NCBI RefSeq assembly: GCF_003790525.1 | Contig: NZ_CP033635.1 | Strand: one strand, 5' to 3' | Source: Escherichia coli | Lineage (GTDB): Bacteria > Pseudomonadota > Gammaproteobacteria > Enterobacterales > Enterobacteriaceae | Length of the DNA: 64,000 bases | Part shown: piece by piece, positions 42,041 to 51,852 of the stretch | Layout of the letters: the number at the start of each line of letters is the position of its first letter | Numbering within the stretch: the first letter of the stretch is position 1 | Notes under the pieces: model-generated | Told to the model about the DNA's origin: nothing | The model's input: only the letters and a program-made list of their open reading frames with translations | The model's database searches: none | Position numbers and translations under genes: made by a program

Positions 42041-42466
42041 TCACCGGTTCTGGTGCAGAAGTTGCAGTTGGTGCAGGGTACGGATATCCTCCCTGGCCTG
42101 TTCAATACAGGGCAGCAGTGCTGCCGAATCCGTTTTATCCTCATCGTTGTCGAAAATAATTCCGGACCCGCAGTCGATATTGTCCTGCAGCCACGCAATG
42201 AGGATATCCAGCGCTGTTTCAGTGGTTAATGGCATCACGCTCTGTATCACTGTATTGTCTTCCGGCAACTGATGAGAGCTGGCAGAAGTCGCCGGTGTTT
42301 CGGTAGCGTCACGTTCATCCACCACGCGGAGTGAATAACCGTATTCAGCGACCTTGTTAATCAGTTCAGTGAGCTCAACACCATCAATGTCAACGACAAT
42401 TCGCCCTATATTCAGTGCCTGTACGTTAACGCTGTCTGCTTCCAATGTCAGGGCCAGTTTCATCAT
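42041..42466 (-). CDS. island-associated hypothetical protein downstream of cbtA
   Basis: 141-aa acidic ORF whose start overlaps the cbtA stop. Confidence 0.5.
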   Translation of the reverse strand: MMKLALTLEADSVNVQALNIGRIVVDIDGVELTELINKVAEYGYSLRVVDERDATETPATSASSHQLPEDNTVIQSVMPLTTETALDILIAWLQDNIDCGSGIIFDNDEDKTDSAALLPCIEQAREDIRTLHQLQLLHQNR

Positions 42467-42837
42467 TTCGCCTCCGGATACTTACCCAGGGTAATGTTAT
42501 TTACCGTTCTGTAATTGTCGCGGGTCATCAGGCCGGTCGCCCTGCGAGCCCGGAGGATATCGATGCTGTTTATTAACTGAGAGCGGGTACAGGCGCTGAA
42601 TCCCGGCTGGTCGGTACGTACCAGCGCGTATTTTTCCACGAGAAAGTTCACCGCATCACACAGTGAAATGCCCGCTTCAATATGCTGCTCAATCACACGT
42701 TCATCCGCGAACGGTGTGTCATTCAGCGCGAGGCCGTAGTGCTGGTCCAGTAACCGGGTGAGCAGTGTCTGCCAGATGGTGACGGGAGACGGGCAGCACG
42801 ATGCCTCCCGTACATGCGTGTCGGGTAATGTTTTCAT
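42463..42837 (-). CDS. cbtA: CbtA/YeeV-family toxin (cytoskeleton-binding toxin)
   Basis: 124 aa matching remembered YeeV/CbtA (...[86 protein letters not shown]...). Confidence 0.85.
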   Translation of the reverse strand: MKTLPDTHVREASCCPSPVTIWQTLLTRLLDQHYGLALNDTPFADERVIEQHIEAGISLCDAVNFLVEKYALVRTDQPGFSACTRSQLINSIDILRARRATGLMTRDNYRTVNNITLGKYPEAK

Positions 42838-42926
42838 AATGAAGATTTTCCTGATATGCAGAGATAAAAAATGGGACAGTGGCGTGGTGAAAACACCAGG
42901 CCGGAGCAGAAGATTATTCTGATGAT

Positions 42927-43295
42927 TTACTTTTTCGTTTCGGGCGTCGGATAAACAGCCAGATAAACGTAACCACAGGAGCCGAGGGTGTCGGCTTCAC
43001 AGGTCAGCCCCTTCGCATACAGTGTCACGGTATGCTGATGGCGGGGATTCAGTTCACCGCTGGTGAGCATGAGCTCCAGTTGTTTCATCAGCAGCGGAAA
43101 GGCCTGGTCCGGATGGTACGCATCCGCATCTCTGAACCGGCCTCTGATACCGGCACGGTCGGCAAGGTAATGCAACCGGTTACCCTCCTGCACCAGACGT
43201 GCCCCGAAACAGGGCGTCACGGTGCAGGGCAGTCCCCACCAGAGGCGGTCGTGATTGTCGTCGTGATGCGTTGTCCCGGGGAGTGTGTCTGACAC
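42927..43295 (-). CDS. cbeA: CbeA/YeeU-family antitoxin
   Basis: matches remembered YeeU ([48 protein letters not shown]...); GTG start at 43295 preceded by GAGGA; track ORF extends further upstream. Confidence 0.8.
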   Translation of the reverse strand: MSDTLPGTTHHDDNHDRLWWGLPCTVTPCFGARLVQEGNRLHYLADRAGIRGRFRDADAYHPDQAFPLLMKQLELMLTSGELNPRHQHTVTLYAKGLTCEADTLGSCGYVYLAVYPTPETKK

Positions 43296-43344
43296 GATAA
43301 AATCCTCACAGAAAATCGTTGAATGATAGTTTAACTTTGACAGG

Positions 43345-43989
43345 TCAGCCGGTGCGCAGACCGGCTTCGGTGAAGGTGTATTCGTTGATGAGAAGGGCCT
43401 CATCCACAGGGGCATCTGAGGTCAGCCTGTTGTGCTCGTTTTCCAGTTGACGGTACAGCCAGAAGGCCAGGTCGCGCAGGGCTTCGCTGACAGCGGCTTC
43501 CGCATCTGTTGTCATAGTCTGACCAGTCGGACTGTTCCGGGTGACGGTGATATCCATGCTGTACGGATGGCAGTAGCGTCCCCGGCGGTGGATTTCAGCC
43601 TGCAGTTGCCAGAAGTTACGCTTCTGCACCGCCTGCAGGGCATCCGCGATACGATGGAGTTCATGCTCCTGTGGGGCATACTTCCGGATTATCCGGGCTG
43701 TCGCCGGCTGCCAGTGCCAGCGTCCTTCAAAACAGGCTCCGTCCCCCTGGCTGCAGCATCCGCTGAACCAGATGCACGGCTCTTCCATAAACCTGCCGTT
43801 GCTGAGCCGGAAAACGCGCTGGCGGAGGTCAATTCCGAAAATGTCACAGACCGCCCTGAAGTCCTCATACACGTTTTCATACCAGTTGCTGTCAGCATGA
43901 TGCTGACGGTACCCGTCGCGGGCTTTTTCCCGTGCCGGGCAGGAAAGTTCATCCAGCGTATACACTGTGATGGTGATAATTCTGCTCAT
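43345..43989 (-). CDS. hypothetical Cys-rich protein (214 aa) between the DUF987 gene and cbeA
   Basis: long ORF co-directional with the operon; not a gene recalled from K-12 CP4-44/CP4-57 at this position. Confidence 0.45.
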   Translation of the reverse strand: MSRIITITVYTLDELSCPAREKARDGYRQHHADSNWYENVYEDFRAVCDIFGIDLRQRVFRLSNGRFMEEPCIWFSGCCSQGDGACFEGRWHWQPATARIIRKYAPQEHELHRIADALQAVQKRNFWQLQAEIHRRGRYCHPYSMDITVTRNSPTGQTMTTDAEAAVSEALRDLAFWLYRQLENEHNRLTSDAPVDEALLINEYTFTEAGLRTG

Positions 43990-44003
43990 CAGAATGCCCT
44001 GAC

Positions 44004-44225
44004 TCAGTTCAGGGTGACGCTCATCAGCCGGACATACGGGCCAAAACTGTCCTTACGACGTTCTGCAAACACAGCCAGCACACCGGGAATATCCTGCACT
44101 TCACGACCGGTATACGTTTCAGTGCTGCCGTGCCAGCGGTATTTGCCGGTACAGAACGGAAAAAGACGGGATGCAGGATGCTGTTGGTGAATACGCATGG
44201 CTTCACCACGGGTGATGATTTTCAT
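44004..44225 (-). CDS. yeeT: DUF987 protein (YeeT/YpjJ family)
   Basis: 73 aa (MKIITRGEAMRIHQQHPASRLFPFCTGKYRWHGS...) typical of YeeT-like island proteins. Confidence 0.75.
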   Translation of the reverse strand: MKIITRGEAMRIHQQHPASRLFPFCTGKYRWHGSTETYTGREVQDIPGVLAVFAERRKDSFGPYVRLMSVTLN

Positions 44226-44287
44226 AATGGGATACCTCTGAAGACAGAAGATAAAAGTGAAAACAGGTGTGATGTGGTTGTGACGGG

Positions 44288-44764
44288 TTAAAGCAGACCA
44301 TGTTCGGCAAAGGAGAAAACCTGGCTGCCACCGACTATCAGATGGTCCGGCACCCGGATATCCACCAGGGCCAGCGCCTGTACCAGACGTTCCGTAATAA
44401 GGCGGTCTGCCTTACTGGGTGTGACTTCACCGGACGGGTGATTGTGTGCCAGCACCACGGCAGCGGCATTGTGGTACAGGGCGCGTTTAATCACTTCCCG
44501 GGGATGGACTTCCGTGCGGTTGATGGTGCCGGTGAAGAGGGTTTCACCGGCAATCAGCTGATTCTGGTTGTTCAGATACAGCACCCGGAACTCTTCACGC
44601 TCCAGTCCCGCCATGTTCAGAATCAGCCATTCCCGTGCTGCACGGGTGGAGGTGAAGGCCACGCCGGGTTCATGAAGATGGCGGTCCAGGGCTTTCAGGG
44701 CCCGCTGAATGAGGCTGCGCTCTCTGGTTGTCATTTCTCCGGGCAGAAAGGAAATCTGTTGCAT
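44288..44764 (-). CDS. RadC-like JAB-domain protein (YeeS/YkfG/YfjY family)
   Basis: 158 aa with JAMM-like motif HNHPSG...S..D. Confidence 0.8.
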   Translation of the reverse strand: MQQISFLPGEMTTRERSLIQRALKALDRHLHEPGVAFTSTRAAREWLILNMAGLEREEFRVLYLNNQNQLIAGETLFTGTINRTEVHPREVIKRALYHNAAAVVLAHNHPSGEVTPSKADRLITERLVQALALVDIRVPDHLIVGGSQVFSFAEHGLL

Positions 44765-44779
44765 TGTTCCGGCCCCCTT

Positions 44780-45259
44780 TCAGTCAATGATGCGCATAAT
44801 GGCGCTGCATTCCGGATGCTGCAGGGCGTAATCCCGCAGACGGTAATAATGAACCGTCATGGCATAACACTCCGTACGGCAGGCGTGATGACTGTACGTC
44901 ATCAGACAGGCAGCAATGCCGGCGGCTTCCGGGCTCATTTCAGCGCGGTTACCGTTCATGGCATTGAACAGTACCCATGTTTCGTCATCATCATCATCCG
45001 GTTCGGGGGCCATAAATGCCCCGCCGTTGTTCAGGGTGTACAGATTCCAGATACCACCGCAGTAGTCTTCGCACAGACGGTCCATCCAGCCGAAGACACG
45101 GGGCTCCAGGGTCACCCACTGTGGAATGAGGCCAAAATGCTGCGGCCAGAAGCTGATGCGCTGTTCATCAGGGACGAGGCTGGCAACCAACTGAGGCGGA
45201 TTATTCTCTGGTGTTGTAGCTGAATAAATTGTGGGGGTATTCTGAGAAACGGTTTTCAT
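44780..45259 (-). CDS. antirestriction-like protein (YfjX/KlcA/ArdB-type, from memory)
   Basis: 159-aa acidic protein with motifs GGIWNLYTLNNGGAFMAP and YSHHAC seen in CP4-type island antirestriction proteins. Confidence 0.6.
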   Translation of the reverse strand: MKTVSQNTPTIYSATTPENNPPQLVASLVPDEQRISFWPQHFGLIPQWVTLEPRVFGWMDRLCEDYCGGIWNLYTLNNGGAFMAPEPDDDDDETWVLFNAMNGNRAEMSPEAAGIAACLMTYSHHACRTECYAMTVHYYRLRDYALQHPECSAIMRIID

Positions 45260-45340
45260 GAGATAACACCTTAAATAACAAATAAATGTGTGTTTTTCAG
45301 GAACGAAAGCTGAATGATTCCCTCACTCAGGGAAACGGCA

Positions 45341-46159
45341 TCAGCGCATGCTCTCCAGCAGCGTTTCTGCCATCACCCACAATGCGCGGTTGAGTTTTAT
45401 ATCGGTATCAATGCTGTGAATGGCCCGGGTATGGATACGTTTTCCTTTTGCACTGCGACCGGAAATCCCGCCTTTCAGCATATTCTCCTGGATGGTCTGA
45501 TAAGCACTCCACAGGTCCTTACCGTAATCCTCCCGGCGTCGTGGTGTCAGAATGTCGGCGGTGGTGACGGGCTGATGTTCGTCACCATAACGGTAAGTCA
45601 GTGCCGCCTGTGCCAGCGCCTGGCGTGCCGGTGGCGGCAGGACCAGCGACTGCATGGCATCACGCTTCTCCTCTATCCGGTCAAACACGCCCACCACCTC
45701 GTAAGCCCCTTCAATGACTCTGTCCACCACATTTCCCCGGTGCGGAACACGCACTTCCCCCAGAGACTGACCGCAGACGCATCCGTTCTGGCAGACGAAC
45801 CTGAAGTAACCCGGCAGCATCTGGTAGCTGGAGGTACCGTCATGGGAGTTCAGCAGGATGATTTCAGGGACATGTTGTCCGTTTATCTCCCCGTCACGGC
45901 GCAGACGCAGCATGTGTTTGGTATACCCCCGGCGGCCCGGGTCACGTACGCGGGTCTGGCAGGCGAAGAAGGGCTGAAAGCCTTCCCGCTGCAGGCTTTC
46001 CAGCACGGTGATGGTGGGGATGTATGTATAGTTCCGGCTCCGGGAGGTGTGTTTATCTTCCCCGAAAATCCCGGGCACATGGTGCATCAGCTCTTCACGG
46101 GTCAGCGGACGGTCACGGCGTATCTGGTTCGCATAACCAAAACGACTGGCTAATCGCAT
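45341..46159 (-). CDS. DUF932-family protein (YafZ/YfjQ-like)
   Basis: 272-aa ORF co-directional with the island operon; family from memory. Confidence 0.6.
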   Translation of the reverse strand: MRLASRFGYANQIRRDRPLTREELMHHVPGIFGEDKHTSRSRNYTYIPTITVLESLQREGFQPFFACQTRVRDPGRRGYTKHMLRLRRDGEINGQHVPEIILLNSHDGTSSYQMLPGYFRFVCQNGCVCGQSLGEVRVPHRGNVVDRVIEGAYEVVGVFDRIEEKRDAMQSLVLPPPARQALAQAALTYRYGDEHQPVTTADILTPRRREDYGKDLWSAYQTIQENMLKGGISGRSAKGKRIHTRAIHSIDTDIKLNRALWVMAETLLESMR

Positions 46160-46202
46160 ACTTTGCTCCTTATCAGTGGTTAAGACTGAATGACGTAATC
46201 AA

Positions 46203-46239
46203 TGAAAAAGCCGCGTCTCACGGAGAAGACGCGGCCTGA
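46203..46239 (-). terminator. Rho-independent terminator downstream of the GTPase gene
   Basis: gccgcgtct/agacgcggc hairpin followed by a T-run on the minus strand. Confidence 0.6.
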
Positions 46240-46344
46240 TGGATGAAATGAATGAGGGTTTACCGAAGCCCTTCAGCATTGTGGTGACGCAACCGGAAAT
46301 GCGTTTCCTGGTTATCGCCGGGGCCGGTCAAAAAGCGGGGACAT

Positions 46345-47229
46345 TCAGAACAGGCGATCCCACAGTGTGATCAGCAGGCGGATAATGCGATCACGGGCTT
46401 TGCGCAGAAGCTGCAGCATCCAGGCCGGAAAGCTGAACCGGGCAATGGCAGCGTCAAAACTCTGGCCGATGGCGTCACCAAAAGCCTGCTGTGCGTGTTG
46501 CTGATCCTGCGCAGTGCGCTTTTCATTCCGGATATGCGAATAAACCGCGCTGGTTGCCTGTGGTGGCAGGGCGTGGATCATCAGAGACACAAATGCCGGA
46601 AGATTCCAGCCGGCAGGAGCGGCTATGGGGAGTACCGGAAATGATGAAGGGAACAGGGTTGCCACCCGGGCTGTCACCGTCGCCAGTGAGAGTTCCTGCT
46701 GACGGGATGGCGTGCTGCTCTGGTTGTTCCATTCTTCAGCCGGGTGGATGCGATCGGCATGGCTGAGAACAAACAGAAAACGCGAGGGATCGGCACCTTC
46801 ATTCAGTAAAAACTGATGCATGGCGATGTCGGCAGCATACGCACGTTCATCAGCCCGCAGGATCCAGATAATCAGATCCAGTTCGGGCAGTAACTGACTG
46901 TAAAGTGCCCGGTATTCCTGATCATGCTGTGGTGTTTCGCCAGTGCCGGGCAGATCGACCAGCGTCATTCTTCGTTCACCGGGCTGAAAGGTAAGACGAT
47001 GAGCCTGACGGGTGCAGCCGTTCAGCGGATGCGTGGCGCAGACACGGGACTGAAAAATGGCATTGCACAGGCTGCTTTTTCCGGCACCGGATTTACCCAT
47101 AATGCCAATAACGGGTTCGTACTGAATGACGCTGCGAAGATGTTCAAGGATTTTCTGGCGAATTTCTTCAGGAAGAAAGGTCAGATGTGACTTTACGTGT
47201 GCGGAGAGGGAAGAATGGCTGAATGACAT
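46345..47229 (-). CDS. YeeP/YkfA/YfjP-family GTPase
   Basis: 294 aa with P-loop GIMGKSGAGKSS and DLPG switch motif; first gene of the minus-strand CP4-like operon. Confidence 0.8.
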   Translation of the reverse strand: MSFSHSSLSAHVKSHLTFLPEEIRQKILEHLRSVIQYEPVIGIMGKSGAGKSSLCNAIFQSRVCATHPLNGCTRQAHRLTFQPGERRMTLVDLPGTGETPQHDQEYRALYSQLLPELDLIIWILRADERAYAADIAMHQFLLNEGADPSRFLFVLSHADRIHPAEEWNNQSSTPSRQQELSLATVTARVATLFPSSFPVLPIAAPAGWNLPAFVSLMIHALPPQATSAVYSHIRNEKRTAQDQQHAQQAFGDAIGQSFDAAIARFSFPAWMLQLLRKARDRIIRLLITLWDRLF

Positions 47230-47329
47230 ACCGTTATCCTGTTGATTTCACTGAACCGGATCACATTAATCCGGCCTCTCAGTCAGGTAATATGGACGTG
47301 AAAATTTTTCCATTGACGGGAAGAAGAGT

Positions 47330-48553
47330 ATGGCTAAAAACAAAGGTATCTGTCGGAATAAAAAATGCAGCAATCCTGTTTCAGAATTTGATGAGGCAAA
47401 TGCCCTGAGGTTATGTGATGATCATTATCAGTTATGGAAACGAAATAAAGAGAACCGTCGGGTCAGGAATATTTGTCGTATAATCAGTAAATATGACAAA
47501 AGTCTGGACCGGGAGATATTTGACAGAGTAATAGATGCTGCAAGAAATCAAACGGGAAAGAGAATTGTTGAGGACGCAAAAATATTACATCAATTGCGCA
47601 ATTCAAAGCAAGTAAGAAAAAGTCTTCATAATGGAGTACTCCGGTCACGGGAATGGCTCAATACACAGGAGTTACTGAGAAGAAAAAATATATCTGTTAC
47701 AGGTGACTCATTTAAATCTTACATAAAGGATATTGTCAGATTATATTGCTATAAGTTTCTCTACAGCAGAGAATATCTTAATGAAAACGCATACAAAAAA
47801 CAATATCAGAGAGTTATTAACCCCAGAGAATTTAATGTTCCGATACTTCAACTTGAAGTTGCATGGATCAATAATAATTGCCGTTCAAGTGATTCAAGCT
47901 CTGATATTATCATCCTTCCCAGGATGATAAGAAGAATGGTTGTATTTAATGATACGAAGATAAATAAACAATTAGAGGAAATGTTGGGGGGGATAGCACG
48001 AAAAAAAGTCGCAGTAAGGAATAAAGGCGGTCTCTATACCAGAATAAAAAAAGAAAATGATTTTCGTTCTATGGATAGATTTATGGTGGAAATCGAAAAT
48101 ATCATAAGGCCTGAAATATTTCCGACATCAATTTACCCGCCTTTTTCACTTTCATTTATCGAGAGAGAATTGCCACTACTGAATCTGGCGCACTCACAGT
48201 ACAAAAGAGCAATAAGTAAAAAAGTGGCGAATTCAATTTTTTATACTTTGCGAAAAACTCACGTGGCATTATGGCTGCATCTTGAAATGTTTGCTCTTGT
48301 GGCATTCATCAAACTGTATACAGGAAAAGGGTTTGAATTCATGAAAAACATGTGTGTATTTATAGATTATGATAAAGGGATAATAAAATCCACGCATGAA
48401 GAACTGCTGAGTGAAATTAAGTGTAACATTCAGTTGAATTTAAAGGTGAATCCTGATAATTTTCCTGAATTAATAGAAGTATACAATTCATGCTTTAGTA
48501 AAAATATATTGTTGTATGATGTTCAGGATGATGGTTTTAAATGGTGTTTATGA
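47330..48553 (+). CDS. orphan AT-rich hypothetical protein (407 aa), Lys/Arg-rich, N-terminal C-x4-C...C-x2-H motif
   Basis: single long ORF in a visibly AT-rich tract, divergent from the GTPase gene; no recognised family. Confidence 0.6.
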   Translation: MAKNKGICRNKKCSNPVSEFDEANALRLCDDHYQLWKRNKENRRVRNICRIISKYDKSLDREIFDRVIDAARNQTGKRIVEDAKILHQLRNSKQVRKSLHNGVLRSREWLNTQELLRRKNISVTGDSFKSYIKDIVRLYCYKFLYSREYLNENAYKKQYQRVINPREFNVPILQLEVAWINNNCRSSDSSSDIIILPRMIRRMVVFNDTKINKQLEEMLGGIARKKVAVRNKGGLYTRIKKENDFRSMDRFMVEIENIIRPEIFPTSIYPPFSLSFIERELPLLNLAHSQYKRAISKKVANSIFYTLRKTHVALWLHLEMFALVAFIKLYTGKGFEFMKNMCVFIDYDKGIIKSTHEELLSEIKCNIQLNLKVNPDNFPELIEVYNSCFSKNILLYDVQDDGFKWCL

Positions 48554-50092
48554 TGTGAAAATATTAAATTTATATTACATTTTAATTATCGACAAAAAAC
48601 ACATAAAGAAATCTAAAGGGAATGAGCGTCAAATGAGCTGATATAGCGCCAGTTTGGTATGGTCATGTGATTTGATGATTAAAGCTTACGAATAATAACA
48701 CTCCTCTGTGAGCCATATAAATGAGCATGCCATAATCGTCAGTTCAGAGATAAAACTGACTGAATGATCTTATGTTATAGTAAGCAGTGTTTACCGGATA
48801 CGATGACTTATCTCTCTCACATCATATGGATTCACTTTCATGGGGTAAAGCGATGGGACTACAGACGCTGATTATGATGGTTTGCTGTAAAGTTAGCACA
48901 AGTTTTTGCTGTACAGAATACGGAGTAAGAAAAATAATTCCAGAGTAAATCTGCTCTGCTTTTGAACAGAAAAGATTCATGCTTACCGTGAAAAACTGAA
49001 ACCAACATTCAGTCTGCATGGATGTCTTAAGATGTTGAGAATGTCGGATATGGTATTATATACACCTTTTCCATTAGGTCCTTTTATGTTTTCATTAAGT
49101 CGTTTTGTATGTATTCCTCCAGTGATTCATTAGTGCCTGTTTACGCATTTACACACTTTCCCATTAATCTCCTTTAAATGTGTTTCATTACGCATTGCTG
49201 TACACATTTTTGAACTGATACACATCCAAGTTAGTAAACCTGTCAGTTCTGATTTTACGTTAACTAAATCAGTTTAATGCTGCTGTAAAACAATCCTTCC
49301 TGTTTAAGCAATCAATCTGCTATTCGATTTTACTGATGTGACGTTTAACCTTTCCTGAGCTTTGGTTGTTTGTGGTTTTTGGTTTGTGTTTCGACGTTAA
49401 GCTGAGAAAAGTATCTTTACGCTAAATCAACCCGAACTTTCCTGAGGTGATCTGACGTTCTTTTCGATGTGCTTACGACGATTCTGTTAAACGACTTTCT
49501 GGATGTTTTGATAACAATCAGATTGAGGCATTAACGATTCCTGACGTTTTGCTTTTTCATGTAAGGTCATTGTTTTCGTCATGATGTGGTTTTTCTTCTT
49601 GCATTGCGAAAGTGTGATGATTGGTTTTGGTTTTTTGATTCAGATGAGATTTACGTTATCGATGGTTAATCGTTTTTATGGTGCGTAGTGAAACGTAACA
49701 TTTTCGGGATGAGAAAATCGATTCTGATGGTGATGGGGATGATCGTGTTACGGCGTTATCTGTAAACAGGTTTTAAACGTGTCATTCGCATTCGTGATTG
49801 AGTTGTGTGATTAAGCTGTAGGTTTTGGCGTTGTTGTTGATTTGCATTGCCAGGAAGCGTTCTGGTTGCGTTTCTGGTGTTTTGTTCGAATGTTCTGTGG
49901 ATCCTTTTCCCTTCAGGCTTTTCTCGTCGTCCATGTCGTTTTTAAATCCATTCATGCTGTTGTTGCGTGTTTTGCTGCTGTGTGCAGGATTATCTTTTCG
50001 TTCCGGGATGGTTTGTTCCGTTTCAATCACTCTTAATCAGAGAGTTGTAGCATTGCTTAATGGCATGATGCCGTAAAGTTTTACCGCGGTGA

Positions 50093-50128
50093 TTAATGAT
50101 GTGAAGTCAATCCAAATCAACGGAGATC
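50093..50128 (+). promoter_or_regulatory. conserved leader motif upstream of yagK-like gene 1
   Basis: ttaatgatgtgaagtcaatccaaatcaacggagatc includes GGAG 8 nt before ATG 50136; repeated at 51034-51065. Confidence 0.4.
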
Positions 50129-50135
50129 TCTCATC

Positions 50136-50867
50136 ATGAATCAACCAATACACAATGCTTACTGGTTATCCCGTTTTGACAGCCTTCTCGACAGTGCCCT
50201 GTCGCAGCACCGTGCCGTCTCGTTAATCCGGGTGGATTTACGTTTCCCTGAGTATATGCCTGTCACCATCATGGATCCCGATCCGGATTCAGCGGTGATT
50301 TCTCGTTTTTTCGAATCCCTGAAAGCCAAAATCCAGGCTTACCAGCGGAAAAAACGACGTGCCAACAAGCGTGTGCGTGCAACCACTCTGCGTTATTTCT
50401 GGTGTCGGGAGTTTGGCAAGGAAAAAGGCAGGAAACATTATCACGTGATATTGCTGCTCAACAAAGATACCTGGTGCTCGCCAGGGGATTTCAGCGAACC
50501 ATCTTCGCTGGCGACGATGATCCTGGAGGCATGGTGCAGCGCCCTGCATCTTGAGGCCTGGCAAGGCGATGGCCTGGTCCATTTTTCCAGGTGGACGCCT
50601 TCCCGTAAACCAGCATCGTCTGATGCTCGCCCTTCTTCCGATGACACGCCTTTGTCGGGTGGATGTTCTGATACCAGGAAGGCTTCAGAAAAAAAGCCGG
50701 GTGAAGCCGCTGTTCTCTGGATCAAGCGTGGTGATGTGGAAGCGCTGCAGAAAGCCCGGAACAGAGCCAGTTATCTCGTGAAATATGAGACGAAGCAGCA
50801 TGACGGTTCCGGGCAACGTAATTATGGTTGCAGTCGTGGGCCGGGGCGTCTGCTGGATGGCAGGTGA
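50136..50867 (+). CDS. YagK/YfjJ-family (inovirus Gp2-like) island protein
   Basis: 243-aa ORF with family-typical basic stretch and VDLRFP-like block; family from memory. Confidence 0.65.
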   Translation: MNQPIHNAYWLSRFDSLLDSALSQHRAVSLIRVDLRFPEYMPVTIMDPDPDSAVISRFFESLKAKIQAYQRKKRRANKRVRATTLRYFWCREFGKEKGRKHYHVILLLNKDTWCSPGDFSEPSSLATMILEAWCSALHLEAWQGDGLVHFSRWTPSRKPASSDARPSSDDTPLSGGCSDTRKASEKKPGEAAVLWIKRGDVEALQKARNRASYLVKYETKQHDGSGQRNYGCSRGPGRLLDGR

Positions 50868-51033
50868 GCCCTGTAAAACGACATCCGGTGCCTGAGCTTA
50901 TGCTACAGGACGTTGGCTGACGCCCTTAGCTCGTTTTCTGAAAAAGTCGTCCTGAAGTCATGCAACGGTATTTTTCTCTGCTTTCGCTCCTGGAAACACT
51001 CCGTCGGTAAAACCTTACTGTCCTGCTTAATGA

Positions 51034-51065
51034 TGTGAACCGAAGTCAACGGAGATCATTCATTC
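51034..51065 (+). promoter_or_regulatory. second copy of the conserved leader motif
   Basis: cttaatgatgtgaaccgaagtcaacggagatc; the equivalent start position reads CTG followed by an early stop. Confidence 0.4.
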
Positions 51066-51211
51066 TGAACCTGCATCCGGTGTTCTTTCCCTTATCTTCC
51101 CGTTCTGCTTCGGTTCTTCACTTATTCCATCAATCTCATTCGTAAACCATAACACGTCAGCTCATTCACGGGCAGGACGCGTTGTGGGCTGCGCATAACG
51201 GAGCATATCTT

Positions 51212-51784
51212 ATGAATGCTATCCCTTATTTCGACTATAGCCTGGCCCCCTTCTGGCCATCTTATCAGAGCAAAGTTATCGGTGTCCTTGAGCGTGCGCT
51301 GCGTGAGCAGTCCGGCTCCAGGATACGGCGGATCCTGCTTCGTCTGCCGTGTGAATATGACAGTACCTTCAGCAGCAGAAAGACCTGGTTTGGTATGGAT
51401 TTTATCGAAACCGTCAGTGCGCTGATGAATGCAACCCCCGGACGCGACCTCTGCTGGCTCCTGACACGTCATCCTGAAAAACCGGAATACCACGTGGTGC
51501 TGTGCGTCAGACAGGAATATTTCGACGGCCCTGAGCTGGACCGGTTGATTCTGGATGCCTGGAGCAACGTACTGGGCTTCGCGGCACCGGGTGAAGCAGC
51601 ACCGTACCAGAAACAGATAACCCGGGATGTGGTGCTGGACAGTTGTTCACCGGACTGCGAAGAGAGACTCAAAGAGCTGATCTGGGCGTTCAGTGATTTC
51701 GCCCGCGATCGTCGTGGTGTGCGCGATCCGGAAGCCCGTTACCTCGCCGGTAATCCCTGGTATCCCGTAGCAGGCCAGCTCTGA
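51212..51784 (+). CDS. YagK/YfjJ-family paralog, N-terminally degenerate (possible pseudogene)
   Basis: ORF 51182-51784 shares family features (ILLRLPCEYD, HYHVVL); ancestral start region is disrupted. Confidence 0.5.
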   Translation: MNAIPYFDYSLAPFWPSYQSKVIGVLERALREQSGSRIRRILLRLPCEYDSTFSSRKTWFGMDFIETVSALMNATPGRDLCWLLTRHPEKPEYHVVLCVRQEYFDGPELDRLILDAWSNVLGFAAPGEAAPYQKQITRDVVLDSCSPDCEERLKELIWAFSDFARDRRGVRDPEARYLAGNPWYPVAGQL

Positions 51785-51852
51785 AAGCTCAGCTCAGCAG
51801 ATTCTCCCGCATTTGCCCAACATTCATAAATCTCACAGAGGACATTCTGACC

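Noticed and set aside
44300-46153. Plus-strand ORFs of 307 aa (44300-45223) and 279 aa (45314-46153)
   Set aside because: They are antisense to the RadC-like, antirestriction-like and DUF932 genes, which have recognisable family motifs and operon organisation. The plus-strand translations are low-complexity and have no recognisable features.
48822-50076. Small ORFs (60-83 aa) on both strands in the 1.6 kb intergenic tract
   Set aside because: They are short, mutually overlapping, lack ribosome-binding sites and have extreme T/G-skewed composition, so they are more likely non-coding; conservation data could revise this.
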